From a phage: a stretch of 64,000 nucleotides of DNA. A program made the position numbers and the translations under genes. Shown in pieces: positions 29,277-39,666 of the stretch. The notes beneath the pieces are model-generated. The model was given only the letters and a program-made list of their open reading frames with translations. It did no database searches and was not told where the DNA came from. The stretch lies in sequence record PZ445436.1; one strand, given 5' to 3'. Position 1 is the first letter of the stretch. Each line of letters begins with the position of its first letter.

Positions 29277-30432
29277 TTAACTGTTCGAGGTCAGTTTCTA
29301 AATCAGCAGCTGATTTACTTTTACTTTCTGGAGATTTAAATTTTTCAACCTTTGAGTTAATCAATTCATCAACTTCAGCTTCAACAATTTCATTGCTATC
29401 AATAGCACCTAACTGATAAGCACGTTTAATAGCATCTCGGAATGGTTGATGCTTAAATAAAGGACCCCAGAATGTAGTGCAGTTGGTATCTTTTGCACGC
29501 CAAGATTTTTCTTCGCGAATCATCTCACCGGTTTCTTCATCAAGAAATTCACGGGCATACCAGCCATTTTTAGGTTTTACTACAAATCCTAATTCTAGAG
29601 CCATATCTAACAATCCAGAATAAGGATCGATACCACCGTCAAATTTAACATCAATAAAGAATTTACTTTTTTCTTTAACGGTACGAGATTTTTCTACATT
29701 TAGAACAAATTGATACCCCTGAAGATCAGAACCATCTTTAATCTGGCGTTTACCGATAATGAATACGGTATCAGCCGAATACATTACGCCTGTACCACCT
29801 GTCATCACGGTTTTACTAAACATTTCAATTGTTTCAATTGTATGGTTAACCGCAACGCACGGAATATTTTTAATGCTAAAATAAGGAGTAACAATACGGA
29901 ATAATGACTTCAGTGATTTAGCACGAGTCATATCTGCCACAGATTTTTCATTCAAGGCATCTTCCGTTTCTTTCTTAGAAGCCATATTACCGATTGAGTC
30001 GATGAATACAATAACCTTTTCACCACGCTCAATAGCTTCAAGCTGGTTCACCATATCAATTTTCAGCTGTTCAACTGACTGGATTGGCGTATGAATTACT
30101 CGTTCCGGGTCAACTCCCATGGATCGCAAATAAGCTGGAGTAATACCAAATTCGCTATCATAGAATAGACAAACCGCGTCAGGATATTTGTTCAAATATG
30201 CCGCAACCATAGTCAAAGACATATTTGATTTAAAGTGTTTAGAAGGCCCTGCGAAAATAGTTAAACCAGACTGCATACCGCCATCAATCGCACCAGAAAT
30301 AGCAATATTAAGCATTGGGATTTTTGTACGGATTACATCCTTTTCATTAAAGAATTTAGATGTAGTCAGTTCAGCAGTCATTTTAGAAGTGGAAGCTTTA
30401 ATCAAACGGGATTTTAAATCTGCAATAGACAT
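29251..30432 (-). CDS. uvsX: Recombinase UvsX (RecA-like)
   Basis: 393 aa; sequence matches recalled T4 UvsX. Confidence 0.88.
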   Translation of the reverse strand: MSIADLKSRLIKASTSKMTAELTTSKFFNEKDVIRTKIPMLNIAISGAIDGGMQSGLTIFAGPSKHFKSNMSLTMVAAYLNKYPDAVCLFYDSEFGITPAYLRSMGVDPERVIHTPIQSVEQLKIDMVNQLEAIERGEKVIVFIDSIGNMASKKETEDALNEKSVADMTRAKSLKSLFRIVTPYFSIKNIPCVAVNHTIETIEMFSKTVMTGGTGVMYSADTVFIIGKRQIKDGSDLQGYQFVLNVEKSRTVKEKSKFFIDVKFDGGIDPYSGLLDMALELGFVVKPKNGWYAREFLDEETGEMIREEKSWRAKDTNCTTFWGPLFKHQPFRDAIKRAYQLGAIDSNEIVEAEVDELINSKVEKFKSPESKSKSAADLETDLEQLSDMEEFNE

Positions 30433-30509
30433 TCATTTTTTCCATAGGCATCATTATATTTTCCTCACTGGTTAAAGATAGAGTAATTATAACACAATAA
30501 ATTTAGGCA

Positions 30510-31358
30510 TTAATCAACTGCTATTGGATGAATAGCATTAAACTTATGAAATGCTTCTGATTTTTCTTTACGCGAAACACACATGCGAAGAACCTTTAGT
30601 GGTTCGTCTTCTTCACCCAACGATTTTCGTTTTTCAATATTAGAAGTTTTCCAACGAGCTTGCTCTGGAAACTCTCTATTGATTTGCTCAAGCGCTCTAT
30701 TATGTTTAGAATTACTACGAATTGAGCTGCACCCGCCAGGAGCTTGTGCTTTTCCAGATACAACCAGATATTTGAACAAGGCCAAATGCGGATAACCTTG
30801 ATTAATTAAATTGAGAAATGCATACATATCTTCGCATAAATCAATTTTTCCATACCCAATTTGTTCTGTCGTAAGTTTTCCGAGGTCATACCATGTATTC
30901 GTGAATCCGTATGAATTTTCACGATAATTACCCCAAGATGAAGTAATTTTAAAAATAGGTAGACGAGCATGGCCATGATAATACCCGCAATCCATGGCAT
31001 CTTCAACGTATTGAATCAATTCATAGAACTGTTCACGAGTTAATTGATTAACTTTATCTACGCAGCGACGATCATCTCTCTTTCGCATTGAACTCATACG
31101 AATAGTAGTATCATCGTCAATCATCCAGATTCGTTGACCTGCATACATATCAGTAATTGCTTTACGAGTACCGGCAATTCCGTTTACATCATCAGGAATA
31201 GTTATAATTTTAGCTCTAGACCCATAAGCATCATAATAAGCTTTTTCTTCGTGTTCACGCACTACAATATGCGGTTCATAATCAGTCGGAAACATATCAA
31301 GGGCAGAAACTGCCCCGACACGTTGATAACTTGGAATTACGAATTGAATCATTTCCAC
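30510..31358 (-). CDS. Glycosyltransferase, GT-A-like (DxD motif), in the slot occupied by beta-gt in T4
   Basis: 282 aa with IDDD motif; T4 beta-gt is recalled as 351 aa and GT-B; consistent with a T2/T6-type second glucosyltransferase. Confidence 0.55.
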   Translation of the reverse strand: MEMIQFVIPSYQRVGAVSALDMFPTDYEPHIVVREHEEKAYYDAYGSRAKIITIPDDVNGIAGTRKAITDMYAGQRIWMIDDDTTIRMSSMRKRDDRRCVDKVNQLTREQFYELIQYVEDAMDCGYYHGHARLPIFKITSSWGNYRENSYGFTNTWYDLGKLTTEQIGYGKIDLCEDMYAFLNLINQGYPHLALFKYLVVSGKAQAPGGCSSIRSNSKHNRALEQINREFPEQARWKTSNIEKRKSLGEEDEPLKVLRMCVSRKEKSEAFHKFNAIHPIAVD

Positions 31359-32089
31359 TCACCTTTATAGTCTTTTTTCACAATATGAGTTTCGCCAGTA
31401 TTCCACCAATGATCAACCAAATAAAAATGACGAGAATATACATGAAGACTTCCAACATTCCATATAATAGAACCTGCTTTATACTGACGAGTTGAATCGC
31501 CTGCATTCAAATCAGATACTAATTTATCTAATACGTATTTTTGCCATGCATAATCATTACGGAATCCGAAGACCACGTCATTTGAGCGCATGTTAACAAC
31601 TGCATTAATTTTCTTGTCACGAATCAGATACTGTACGGTATTCGTACACATGAAATCTGACATGCCATCTTTATTGTAGTCAAACTGCATAGATGGACGA
31701 GTATAAATCATGATACCACGTCGAGAATCAGGATTTTGACCAAGTTCAGCTAAACACATATCATACTGGGCATAGTTATCTTCTGACCAAATAGCCCAGC
31801 CATAATTCGAGTTAATTTCGCCTTTAGAAGATGCTACCTGCTGCCAAATCTTTGGTGTTTCACCCGGAATATCTTTAACGAACAAACTCTTAGATTTATA
31901 CCATTCAAGTTCACGCTGAATGTATTCATCATTAAGAGCGCCAAAAATAAACGGTTCATCTGCTACAAATGATGCGCCAATAATTTCAATAGTTTTAACG
32001 CCAGTTTTATCAACTACGAAATCTTTTTCCTTTAATGCAGTTCCCAAATAAAAACGGATTTCTTCAACTGTCATAGAGTCATTAATCAT
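31349..32089 (-). CDS. 42: dCMP hydroxymethylase (gp42)
   Basis: 246 aa as in T4 gp42; thymidylate-synthase-like. Confidence 0.8.
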   Translation of the reverse strand: MINDSMTVEEIRFYLGTALKEKDFVVDKTGVKTIEIIGASFVADEPFIFGALNDEYIQRELEWYKSKSLFVKDIPGETPKIWQQVASSKGEINSNYGWAIWSEDNYAQYDMCLAELGQNPDSRRGIMIYTRPSMQFDYNKDGMSDFMCTNTVQYLIRDKKINAVVNMRSNDVVFGFRNDYAWQKYVLDKLVSDLNAGDSTRQYKAGSIIWNVGSLHVYSRHFYLVDHWWNTGETHIVKKDYKGEWK

Positions 32090-32242
32090 TTAAACCTCAA
32101 TTGATGCATTCATATTTAAATTGTAACAGTAATAAACCCCACCCTATGATAAGAGTTGGAATCATAGCAGGAACTGTTACGCTATAGTATATACTTATTA
32201 TAACCATCAAGATTAAAAGCAACACTGCTATAATTTTGCTTT

Positions 32243-32494
32243 TCATTCCTTTTCTCTGATGATAATTACCTGATTTGGCTGTGTAGACTTTTTAGTTTCA
32301 CCCGCAATTGACCAAATAAATGTAATAAACCAACCAATAATTGACCAGTTAAACAGTAAAGATGTGAAAAAGATTCCTACTGTCGATTTTGACCCACGCA
32401 TCAAGGCGATAAACCATGGAAGCATGTATATAATAATAGCCAACACGCCTGAAACTAAAACCATAAAAATTGAACCTGCTACTAAAGTTTCCAT
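32243..32494 (-). CDS. imm: Superinfection immunity protein Imm
   Basis: 83 aa membrane protein in the T4 imm position. Confidence 0.65.
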   Translation of the reverse strand: METLVAGSIFMVLVSGVLAIIIYMLPWFIALMRGSKSTVGIFFTSLLFNWSIIGWFITFIWSIAGETKKSTQPNQVIIIREKE

Positions 32495-32501
32495 GTTTTC
32501 C

Positions 32502-32882
32502 TCACTTAGTCAAATTTTTTACACATGAATTATAAGAATTCACTACATACTCCATCGGAGCATTTTTACCGGTACGCCATTGGTAATTATTAGCCCAATT
32601 AGCCCAAAGCTCGGCGCAGTAGTTTTCAATTTTTTCTTCGCGTGTAATTACATCCGAATTACGATATGCTTGAGCAGATTCATCTGGACGAATAGCTTCG
32701 TCAAAATTCGCCTGCATTTGTTCGACTGTTTGCTTTGGAGCTTCTTTATAACACTTGACATTAGGATTATAAAATTTGCTTGAACAGTTTACAATTTTTC
32801 CTACATCAGACTGATTTACTACCGGTCCTTGAGCTACACAACCAGTAAGACCTAATGCAATAACCAAAATAGCGATTTTCAT
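32502..32882 (-). CDS. Putative lipoprotein (126 aa)
   Basis: Signal peptide with lipobox LTGC. Confidence 0.5.
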   Translation of the reverse strand: MKIAILVIALGLTGCVAQGPVVNQSDVGKIVNCSSKFYNPNVKCYKEAPKQTVEQMQANFDEAIRPDESAQAYRNSDVITREEKIENYCAELWANWANNYQWRTGKNAPMEYVVNSYNSCVKNLTK

Positions 32883-32892
32883 AATAATTTCC

Positions 32893-33141
32893 TCAAATGC
32901 AAGTAGTAATTACTCCAGTAGTGCTTATGCAGGTATTACCCATTTGCACACCTAGCGTTCCATTAGTATTCATATGAAGATTATCATCAATTTTAACTGA
33001 TATTTTACCATTAGTGTGAATAACGGTGCTAGATTCAATCACAGGTTGAGTATCATTTTCAACACTAACAAATGGAACTGCTGCTAATGCAACTAAACAA
33101 ACTGCTAAGCATCCCATAACAATTTTCATTTTATTCTCCAA
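32893..33141 (-). CDS. Secreted/membrane small protein (82 aa)
   Basis: Hydrophobic N-terminal signal-like segment. Confidence 0.45.
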   Translation of the reverse strand: MENKMKIVMGCLAVCLVALAAVPFVSVENDTQPVIESSTVIHTNGKISVKIDDNLHMNTNGTLGVQMGNTCISTTGVITTCI

Positions 33142-33164
33142 ATCTGTATCAGTAGTTGATAGTT

Positions 33165-33198
33165 GTATAGTACCACAGAGGAACAGTCTTGTAAACAG
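33165..33198 (-). promoter_or_regulatory. Early promoter
   Basis: GTTTAC (33191-33196), 18 bp, TGG-TACTAT (33167-33172), conserved leader. Confidence 0.55.
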
Positions 33199-33277
33199 TT
33201 TTGTGAAAAATTTTTTAGGGAATTCTAAAGGTCCAGAATCATCTGTTTTTCATAAGTATAGATTTATATTACTTGTA

Positions 33278-33302
33278 TGAAAAAGGGACCCGGAGGTCCC
33301 TA
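33278..33302 (-). terminator. Intrinsic terminator after gene 43
   Basis: GGGACC-CGGA-GGTCCC stem (33285-33300) followed on minus strand by UUUUU. Confidence 0.55.
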
Positions 33303-33313
33303 GATTTATTCTA

Positions 33314-36010
33314 TCAGCCAAACAGGAAGTCTAACGAAGCTTTTTCTTCATAGTCCATACCAGCCGATTCACACATGCCTGCAAGCGGTTTAACAAACGA
33401 TTTTTGGAACAAAGTTGAGTAGTCAATCCAAGACAGTACGTCAGAACGAATTTCTTTTGGAAGTTCTGTACCCGACGGCCAAGCAATGCATTTGTCACCA
33501 AATGGATTTCCTTCACGCAATGGAAGAACCATTACTTTATTTCCATCCAAAATTGGAGCTACACCTAAACCGCTAACAGCTCGACGATAAGTTAGCACAC
33601 CACGAATATGGAACGGACATTTAAATCCTGGCCAACCTTTATCATCATATTTCGCTATATCGTTCGCAGTTTTTACTTCAGCAATAACTTTATAGTCAAG
33701 TTGACGATATTCTTTCTCGAAGTTCTTGTAATATTCTTGGACAGACTCTTCACCTTCCTGAAGAATACGACGAATACTTTCTTCGAGAGCTTCTTGGACC
33801 GCTTTAGGCGTTGAACTCTGCTGAGTTTCCATACCCATGATTTTTAGATGCGGTTCAGCAAATCGCTTATCTTCCATATCATATACGTTCAGAGCATAAC
33901 GCTTTTTCGCTTTCCAAAATCCACCAACGCCCTTTGAACCAAGTGGAGGGCAAGAAATAGCTTCACGGTCCATATGCATCAGATGCTCGCGGTTATTCAT
34001 ATAATCACATAACTCACGATATGCAACATCAATCATAGGTTCCATCTTTTTCTTACCGAACTGATTCATGAATTCAACTAAATCGTTCTGCTCTTTGAAT
34101 CGGTCAAGACCAACTTTTTCAATAACTTTATCTACACAAACATATACCGAATCAGTATCACCTGCTGCAATGAAATCTTCGCCATTAGTTCCGCATACTT
34201 TATTCAGATATTCATTAATTTTACGAGCAATCCACTGAATACCGACTTGGCCAAAAATTGTGATAGCAGTAGCATTTCGCAAATCATAGTAACGGAAATG
34301 AATATTACCAAGAGCACCATAAAGACTGTTAATAAGAATTTTACGGTTCAGCTGATTTGTGTTAGCAAGTGTAGCCGCTTTTTCGCATTCCTCAATCAGA
34401 CTATTGAGAACAGATTCAGTATAATTCGATAGTTCATTTAAGAAATCATCACTGAACTTAACATATCGTTCAACTTCTGGTTTAGTTGAACAGGACCCTG
34501 CGCCTTTCATAATAATCTTTTTAATAGCTTCGGCATTCATTTCTTCAGCGAACATTTTCTTTTTCCAATCTTTACGCTGGAAAAATACTTTAGCGATTTC
34601 CTTTGGAATGATACCTTCTTGATGCTTATCATACATCCATCCATTCGGAGAACAAGAATATTCATCACTCGGTTTAGGAGCTGTTCCTGCGATATATTCA
34701 TGAATTGGATGAACTTTAAACTGCCCACGAATAGTCTCAGGACTAATGTTAACCTGACGAATAATGCTCGGATACAGAGACGTCAAGTCAAAACTCATAA
34801 TATATCGACGAGCAATTGGTTTAGGTTCAAATACAAATGCACCCGGAAAACTTTGTTTAACGTGCGAACCTTGTTGAGGAATAACCTTGTGTTCACCTTT
34901 CAATGAGTTAAAAATAATAGCATCCCAAGTTTTAATAGGACTCATTACACCAGAAAAAGGCATTTTAGCGTAATAAGACATACTTAAAACTAGATCGATA
35001 AACCCGCGAATTTTATCAATTGCTTGAACTGATTCTACGTCAATGATGTTATAACTAATGTATCGTTGATGATTAGTCTCACGAAGTTTATTAATAGGAC
35101 CGTCGTATGGTAATTTACCTTTTTTGGTTTCATGTTGAGCAACTGATTCCAAAGAGAATGACGGCAAATTAGTAAAAGCAAATTTCTTGTACAAATCTAA
35201 ATAATCAAGAATAGATACACCATCAATAGAATAAATTTCTTTGCTGCCGTACATATTTTGAATTAGTTTAGATTTTACTCGACCGATTGGAGAGAAGCGT
35301 TTCATACTGCGTTCACCGAGAACCATTTTAACACGGTTCATGATATACGGAACGTCAAATCCCTCAATATTCCAACCAGTAAAAATAGCAGGTCGTTTCT
35401 GTTCCCAGAGATTGATATATTCCATGAGCATATCACGCTCATTATCGAATGGCATATAAATTACTCGGTCAAGAATTTCTTGAGGAACTTCATCACCACC
35501 TTCACAGTCAAGCTTAGCAGCTAACTTTGCATCCCATTTTGATACTGAACCATACATTGAATTCAAAAGGTCGAAAACATAAAAACGATCATCAATTGAA
35601 TCGTAATGAGTGATAGCATCAATTTCATATTCAGCTTTCATTGGGTCAGGAAATTTATCACCAGTAACCTCAATGTCACAGTTAGCTACACGAACAAATT
35701 TTCGGTCATAAACAATTTCTGAACCGTATGTATCACTGATATAAGCGAGTTTAAAATCGTTCATACCGAGAGCTTCGAGACCGATGTCTTCCATTCGTTT
35801 CATCCAATCTCGAGCATCTTTCATTGATGGAAATTTTTGAGGAGCGCAGTTTTTACCATAGATGTCTTTGTACTTTGACTCTTCCTTACAATGCCTAAAC
35901 ATAGTTGGAAGATATTCTACTTCACGAGTACGTTCCTTTCCATTTTCATCAATATAACGTTCAACAATATTATTTCCGACTGTTTCAATAGAGATATAAA
36001 ATTCTTTCAT
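33314..36010 (-). CDS. 43: DNA polymerase (gp43, family B)
   Basis: 898 aa exactly as T4 gp43; exonuclease and polymerase motifs (DTDS). Confidence 0.93.
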   Translation of the reverse strand: MKEFYISIETVGNNIVERYIDENGKERTREVEYLPTMFRHCKEESKYKDIYGKNCAPQKFPSMKDARDWMKRMEDIGLEALGMNDFKLAYISDTYGSEIVYDRKFVRVANCDIEVTGDKFPDPMKAEYEIDAITHYDSIDDRFYVFDLLNSMYGSVSKWDAKLAAKLDCEGGDEVPQEILDRVIYMPFDNERDMLMEYINLWEQKRPAIFTGWNIEGFDVPYIMNRVKMVLGERSMKRFSPIGRVKSKLIQNMYGSKEIYSIDGVSILDYLDLYKKFAFTNLPSFSLESVAQHETKKGKLPYDGPINKLRETNHQRYISYNIIDVESVQAIDKIRGFIDLVLSMSYYAKMPFSGVMSPIKTWDAIIFNSLKGEHKVIPQQGSHVKQSFPGAFVFEPKPIARRYIMSFDLTSLYPSIIRQVNISPETIRGQFKVHPIHEYIAGTAPKPSDEYSCSPNGWMYDKHQEGIIPKEIAKVFFQRKDWKKKMFAEEMNAEAIKKIIMKGAGSCSTKPEVERYVKFSDDFLNELSNYTESVLNSLIEECEKAATLANTNQLNRKILINSLYGALGNIHFRYYDLRNATAITIFGQVGIQWIARKINEYLNKVCGTNGEDFIAAGDTDSVYVCVDKVIEKVGLDRFKEQNDLVEFMNQFGKKKMEPMIDVAYRELCDYMNNREHLMHMDREAISCPPLGSKGVGGFWKAKKRYALNVYDMEDKRFAEPHLKIMGMETQQSSTPKAVQEALEESIRRILQEGEESVQEYYKNFEKEYRQLDYKVIAEVKTANDIAKYDDKGWPGFKCPFHIRGVLTYRRAVSGLGVAPILDGNKVMVLPLREGNPFGDKCIAWPSGTELPKEIRSDVLSWIDYSTLFQKSFVKPLAGMCESAGMDYEEKASLDFLFG

Positions 36011-36013
36011 AGA

Positions 36014-36048
36014 TATTCCTTAGTTTATAGCCCGAGTTATTAGGCTCT
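36014..36048 (-). promoter_or_regulatory. gp43 translational operator hairpin plus SD
   Basis: mRNA GAGCCUAAUAACUCGGGCU hairpin just 5' of the SD and AUG, as recalled for the T4 gp43 autoregulatory operator. Confidence 0.45.
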
Positions 36049-36065
36049 TGATATATTATACTCCA

Positions 36066-36090
36066 AATAAGGGGCCGAAGCCCCTTTGCT
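36066..36090 (-). terminator. UUCG-type hairpin terminator
   Basis: AGGGGC-CGAA-GCCCCT stem followed by a U-rich run. Confidence 0.5.
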
Positions 36091-36327
36091 TTAAATTTCT
36101 ATTGTACGACGCGATATAACGGACTTGCCATCTTTATTTGTGGTTTTGATAATCGCATGAAATGCGCGTTGGTGTGGGTAAACTAATCGTTGGAATTCTT
36201 TTTGGAATTCTATTTGTTTATCTTCCGGGAGGTCAAAAACCAGTTGGGTAGAAGACAGACCATATGTTTGTTTTAGATTTTCGAATATTAGAAAAGCTTC
36301 GGTAAACTGAATCTCTGATTGTGTCAT
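36091..36327 (-). CDS. Hypothetical protein (78 aa; start refined to MTQSEIQ...)
   Basis: ATG 36325-36327; lies between regA and gene 43. Confidence 0.45.
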   Translation of the reverse strand: MTQSEIQFTEAFLIFENLKQTYGLSSTQLVFDLPEDKQIEFQKEFQRLVYPHQRAFHAIIKTTNKDGKSVISRRTIEI

Positions 36328-36337
36328 ATAATTTACC

Positions 36338-36706
36338 TTAATTACCAATCGTATATTTAGGAACGAGTTTCCATTCATGTTTTTGTTTAAAAGAAATAAC
36401 TCGGAAGTTATTAGTTAAATCTTTCATAAAAGTTCTTTGACCAGGAACGATTTCAATCAGTCCCCAATCTTCTAATAGCCATGCAATCGAATCACGACGA
36501 ACTTCATCTTCTTCTGTCATTTCAACTTGACGGCCATCCATACGAAGCATTTCTTTAAAATGAACGATATAGTATAGTCCTTTTTTCTGAAGAATATGAC
36601 AGGACTGATACAGAACTTTATCTTTATTATTAGCAATTCCCATACGAGTCAAAGTTTCTTTTACTTTCAGAAAATCTTCAGGTTTTTTAAGAGTAATTTC
36701 AATCAT
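36338..36706 (-). CDS. regA: Translational repressor RegA
   Basis: 122 aa as in T4 RegA; position between 62 and 43. Confidence 0.8.
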   Translation of the reverse strand: MIEITLKKPEDFLKVKETLTRMGIANNKDKVLYQSCHILQKKGLYYIVHFKEMLRMDGRQVEMTEEDEVRRDSIAWLLEDWGLIEIVPGQRTFMKDLTNNFRVISFKQKHEWKLVPKYTIGN

Positions 36707-36707
36707 T

Positions 36708-37271
36708 TTACCATTCCAATGCTAGTTTTTTGAGTTGTTTCTGTTCTTTTACGTTCTTAGTCACTTCTTTCAAAAAATCATCCGTGACTAATCCTTTAAG
36801 TTCTTTTAATACTAAAGGTAGTTTTCCATTTTTAGTAAGAATTGATTTATAGTTAATTGCATCATTTGTATTAACTTGATACCGCTTAGCAAGTAACTTA
36901 ATAATCAATACTTCGGTGGAATCTTCAACCAGTTTTGCCCATTTACCATATCTTTTACCACGAGGAACTGCAGCCATCAGATAATTAAAATGGGCTTCAT
37001 CACTTAAACCTGATCCAATTAAATTCATAGCATATACAGCTGGCATGCACTCTGGAAATTGTGATAATGCATTTTCGACCATGAATTTTGAATAATCTTT
37101 TTGAGCAATAGAGCATTTAGTTTTATTATTGATAGCTCCAATTATTTCAAAAAATTCATTTTCAGCTTTTTCTTTAAAAGAATCAGCAGCGGATTGGACA
37201 GCTGTCCAATCTTTTGAATACCAAGCAACTTGATGCTCGTTTAATTGAATATCATCTTCAAATAAGCTCAT
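36708..37271 (-). CDS. 62: Clamp-loader subunit gp62 (start refined to MSLFEDD...)
   Basis: 187 aa from ATG 37269-37271; matches recalled T4 gp62. Confidence 0.82.
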   Translation of the reverse strand: MSLFEDDIQLNEHQVAWYSKDWTAVQSAADSFKEKAENEFFEIIGAINNKTKCSIAQKDYSKFMVENALSQFPECMPAVYAMNLIGSGLSDEAHFNYLMAAVPRGKRYGKWAKLVEDSTEVLIIKLLAKRYQVNTNDAINYKSILTKNGKLPLVLKELKGLVTDDFLKEVTKNVKEQKQLKKLALEW

Positions 37272-37272
37272 A

Positions 37273-38232
37273 TCACTTCCACTGCATTTCACATGCTAAT
37301 TGAATGAAAAGATAAACTAAATGCAATTCAGTATTAGCTGCAATACCATGATACTGATTATTTTCACCAACAATTTCGTACATACGAATAATACTCTGTG
37401 GAGTTACACGTGAATAGATTTCTTCGGCAAGTTTACCCACGAACCACGAATAATCAGCCGCATATTTTGGTGCTAAAGCTCTGAGTTGTTTAACATCTTT
37501 ATTTTTGAGAGACTCAAGAACATCATCAATAGCACCACGATCGTTAGTAACCAGTGATAAAATACCAGCATCCAAAACACCTTTAGATGAATAACTATCG
37601 AGCTCGCCAATAGTTTTACGAAAATCAGGAAAATTCTTTTTAACCAAAGCTGCTACAACTTTCATATCAGCTATAGCAATTCCTTCATGCTTACAGATTT
37701 CAGTCAATCGACGAATCATCTGCTTCATCATTTCAATTTTATCTTCATCGGTCGGTTGACCGAATGTAATAACTCGACAGCGTGACTGAAGTGGTTTAAT
37801 AATACCATCAATGTTGTTAGCAGTAATAATAATACTACAGTTTGAACTATAAGCTTCCATAAATGAACGAAGATGTCGCTGAGACTCTGCTAACCCTGAG
37901 CGGTCAAATTCATCAATAACGATTACTTTTTGACGACCATCAAATGAAGCTGCACTGGCAAAATTAGTCAAAGGACCACGAACGAAATCAATTTTACAAT
38001 CTGATCCATTCACAAACATCATATCAGCATTTACATCATGACACAATGCTTTTGCTACAGTTGTTTTACCTGTTCCTGGAGAAGGAGAATGAAGAATAAT
38101 ATGTGGAATCTTACCTTTACTTGTAATAGATTTAAAGGTTTCTTTATCAAAGGCGGGAAGAATACATTCATCGATAGTAGATGGACGATATTTTTGTTCA
38201 AGAATGTGTTCTTTTTCATTTACAGTAATCAT
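37273..38232 (-). CDS. 44: Clamp-loader ATPase gp44 (start refined to MITVNEK...)
   Basis: 319 aa; Walker [11 protein letters not shown]; matches recalled T4 gp44. Confidence 0.85.
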   Translation of the reverse strand: MITVNEKEHILEQKYRPSTIDECILPAFDKETFKSITSKGKIPHIILHSPSPGTGKTTVAKALCHDVNADMMFVNGSDCKIDFVRGPLTNFASAASFDGRQKVIVIDEFDRSGLAESQRHLRSFMEAYSSNCSIIITANNIDGIIKPLQSRCRVITFGQPTDEDKIEMMKQMIRRLTEICKHEGIAIADMKVVAALVKKNFPDFRKTIGELDSYSSKGVLDAGILSLVTNDRGAIDDVLESLKNKDVKQLRALAPKYAADYSWFVGKLAEEIYSRVTPQSIIRMYEIVGENNQYHGIAANTELHLVYLFIQLACEMQWK

Positions 38233-38259
38233 AATTTCCTCATTCAAGTTTTAGTGTAA

Positions 38260-38281
38260 ATTTAAGGGCCGAAGCCCTTTA
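38260..38281 (-). other. GC-rich hairpin between genes 45 and 44
   Basis: AAGGGCCGAAGCCCTT at 38264-38279. Confidence 0.45.
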
Positions 38282-38968
38282 TTAAAAATCGTGGGTAGAA
38301 TCAGCTTCAAGAGCTACTACATAATTCGCGTGTTCACCTTCAAATTTAGCAGCACCTTGTTTACCTTTTGCCCAGAGCAGAAGTTTATAATTTCCTGGTT
38401 GCATTTTCATATTTGCCATATTGATAATGAAATTAAATGTATTTTCACCATCATAATCACCAAGAGTCAAAGAATATTTAACGCGGGTCAAAGCAGAATC
38501 TTCTACTTTATTAAAACCGTTAATTACGATTTTACCTTCTTTTACTGTGATAGCAATTGTATCAATCTGCAGACCGCGAGATACACGCAACAGCTGCTGA
38601 AGGTCTTCAGCTTTAATTTCAGTAACAACAGATGCTACCGGGAATGGAATTGGTTTATTAGGAGCAACTACTGTACTCGGATCGGCTGCTGGCCAAAAAA
38701 TTGTTGAACGGGCATCAGCAATTTTAATATTTCCATCTTCTGACTGGGAAATTTCTGCATCATCATTAACTAGAGACAGAATACCAAGAAAACCGTTTAA
38801 ATCGTAAATTGCTACATCAAAATCAATAACGTCAGAAATATTTGCTTCCGCATAAGTTGTACCATTAACTGCGCGAGTCATAATAAATTGACCGGATTTA
38901 AGCATAATACCGGAGTTAATAGTAGCGAAATTTTTAAGCAGAGCAGTAGTATCTTTAGACAGTTTCAT
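38282..38968 (-). CDS. 45: Sliding clamp gp45
   Basis: 228 aa as in T4 gp45. Confidence 0.88.
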   Translation of the reverse strand: MKLSKDTTALLKNFATINSGIMLKSGQFIMTRAVNGTTYAEANISDVIDFDVAIYDLNGFLGILSLVNDDAEISQSEDGNIKIADARSTIFWPAADPSTVVAPNKPIPFPVASVVTEIKAEDLQQLLRVSRGLQIDTIAITVKEGKIVINGFNKVEDSALTRVKYSLTLGDYDGENTFNFIINMANMKMQPGNYKLLLWAKGKQGAAKFEGEHANYVVALEADSTHDF

Positions 38969-38984
38969 GTAATTTCCTTCAATT

Positions 38985-39012
38985 CAAATGAGATTTAATT
39001 TTATAACTAATT
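38985..39012 (-). promoter_or_regulatory. Candidate MotA-dependent middle promoter for gene 45
   Basis: Exact MotA-box TGCTTTA (minus; plus 39005-39011), 12 bp, TAAAAT (38987-38992). Confidence 0.5.
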
Positions 39013-39023
39013 TAATAAAGCAA

Positions 39024-39413
39024 TTAACGATTAAAATCAGCCGCAATTGTTTCCGCAACAATTTGAGCAGCAACAATTAGACGTTCATCTGCATTACCAC
39101 AATAATCATCTTCAAGGCGTTCACCACATGAAGTCATAATAAATTTAGCACCGGCGTTTAGGGATTCTGTAGTATGTTTGCGCATTAGTTCAATCCATTT
39201 ATTACTTACTTCACGATCGATAGCTTCATAATACGCATGACGAGCAGGTGCAGATTTAATTTTGTTCTGAATAACTTCCATTGCGTTATCAGAAAGAGAC
39301 AAAACCCATGCTCGACGAATTTTATTTTGGTTTTGCGGATTTGAGTCAGAACGCACGTGTTTTGGCTGAATATCTTTTACGTCAACAGTATAATTCACAG
39401 TAATTTTAGTCAT
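39024..39413 (-). CDS. rpbA: RNA polymerase-binding protein RpbA
   Basis: 129 aa as in T4 RpbA; between 46 and 45. Confidence 0.65.
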   Translation of the reverse strand: MTKITVNYTVDVKDIQPKHVRSDSNPQNQNKIRRAWVLSLSDNAMEVIQNKIKSAPARHAYYEAIDREVSNKWIELMRKHTTESLNAGAKFIMTSCGERLEDDYCGNADERLIVAAQIVAETIAADFNR

Positions 39414-39422
39414 AATACACCT

Positions 39423-39611
39423 TTAGTCATAATAATCAGTAACAGTCCAAGCTTCATTTCTATTGGACATTATTTTTGTATATTCTGCTTTAAATGCATT
39501 CCTAAGCATAGATTCAGTAACTATATGCTCTTCATTAGAAAAATTATTTCTCAGAATATATCGTTTTATTTCAGGAAAAGTTAATAGATGCTGTCCAGTT
39601 GAATATTCCAT
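39423..39611 (-). CDS. Hypothetical protein (62 aa)
   Basis: ORF track. Confidence 0.4.
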   Translation of the reverse strand: MEYSTGQHLLTFPEIKRYILRNNFSNEEHIVTESMLRNAFKAEYTKIMSNRNEAWTVTDYYD

Positions 39612-39666
39612 GTTTTTCCTCCATAGAGATTATACTCTAATAAATTAAAGCATAATCTCTTATAAA

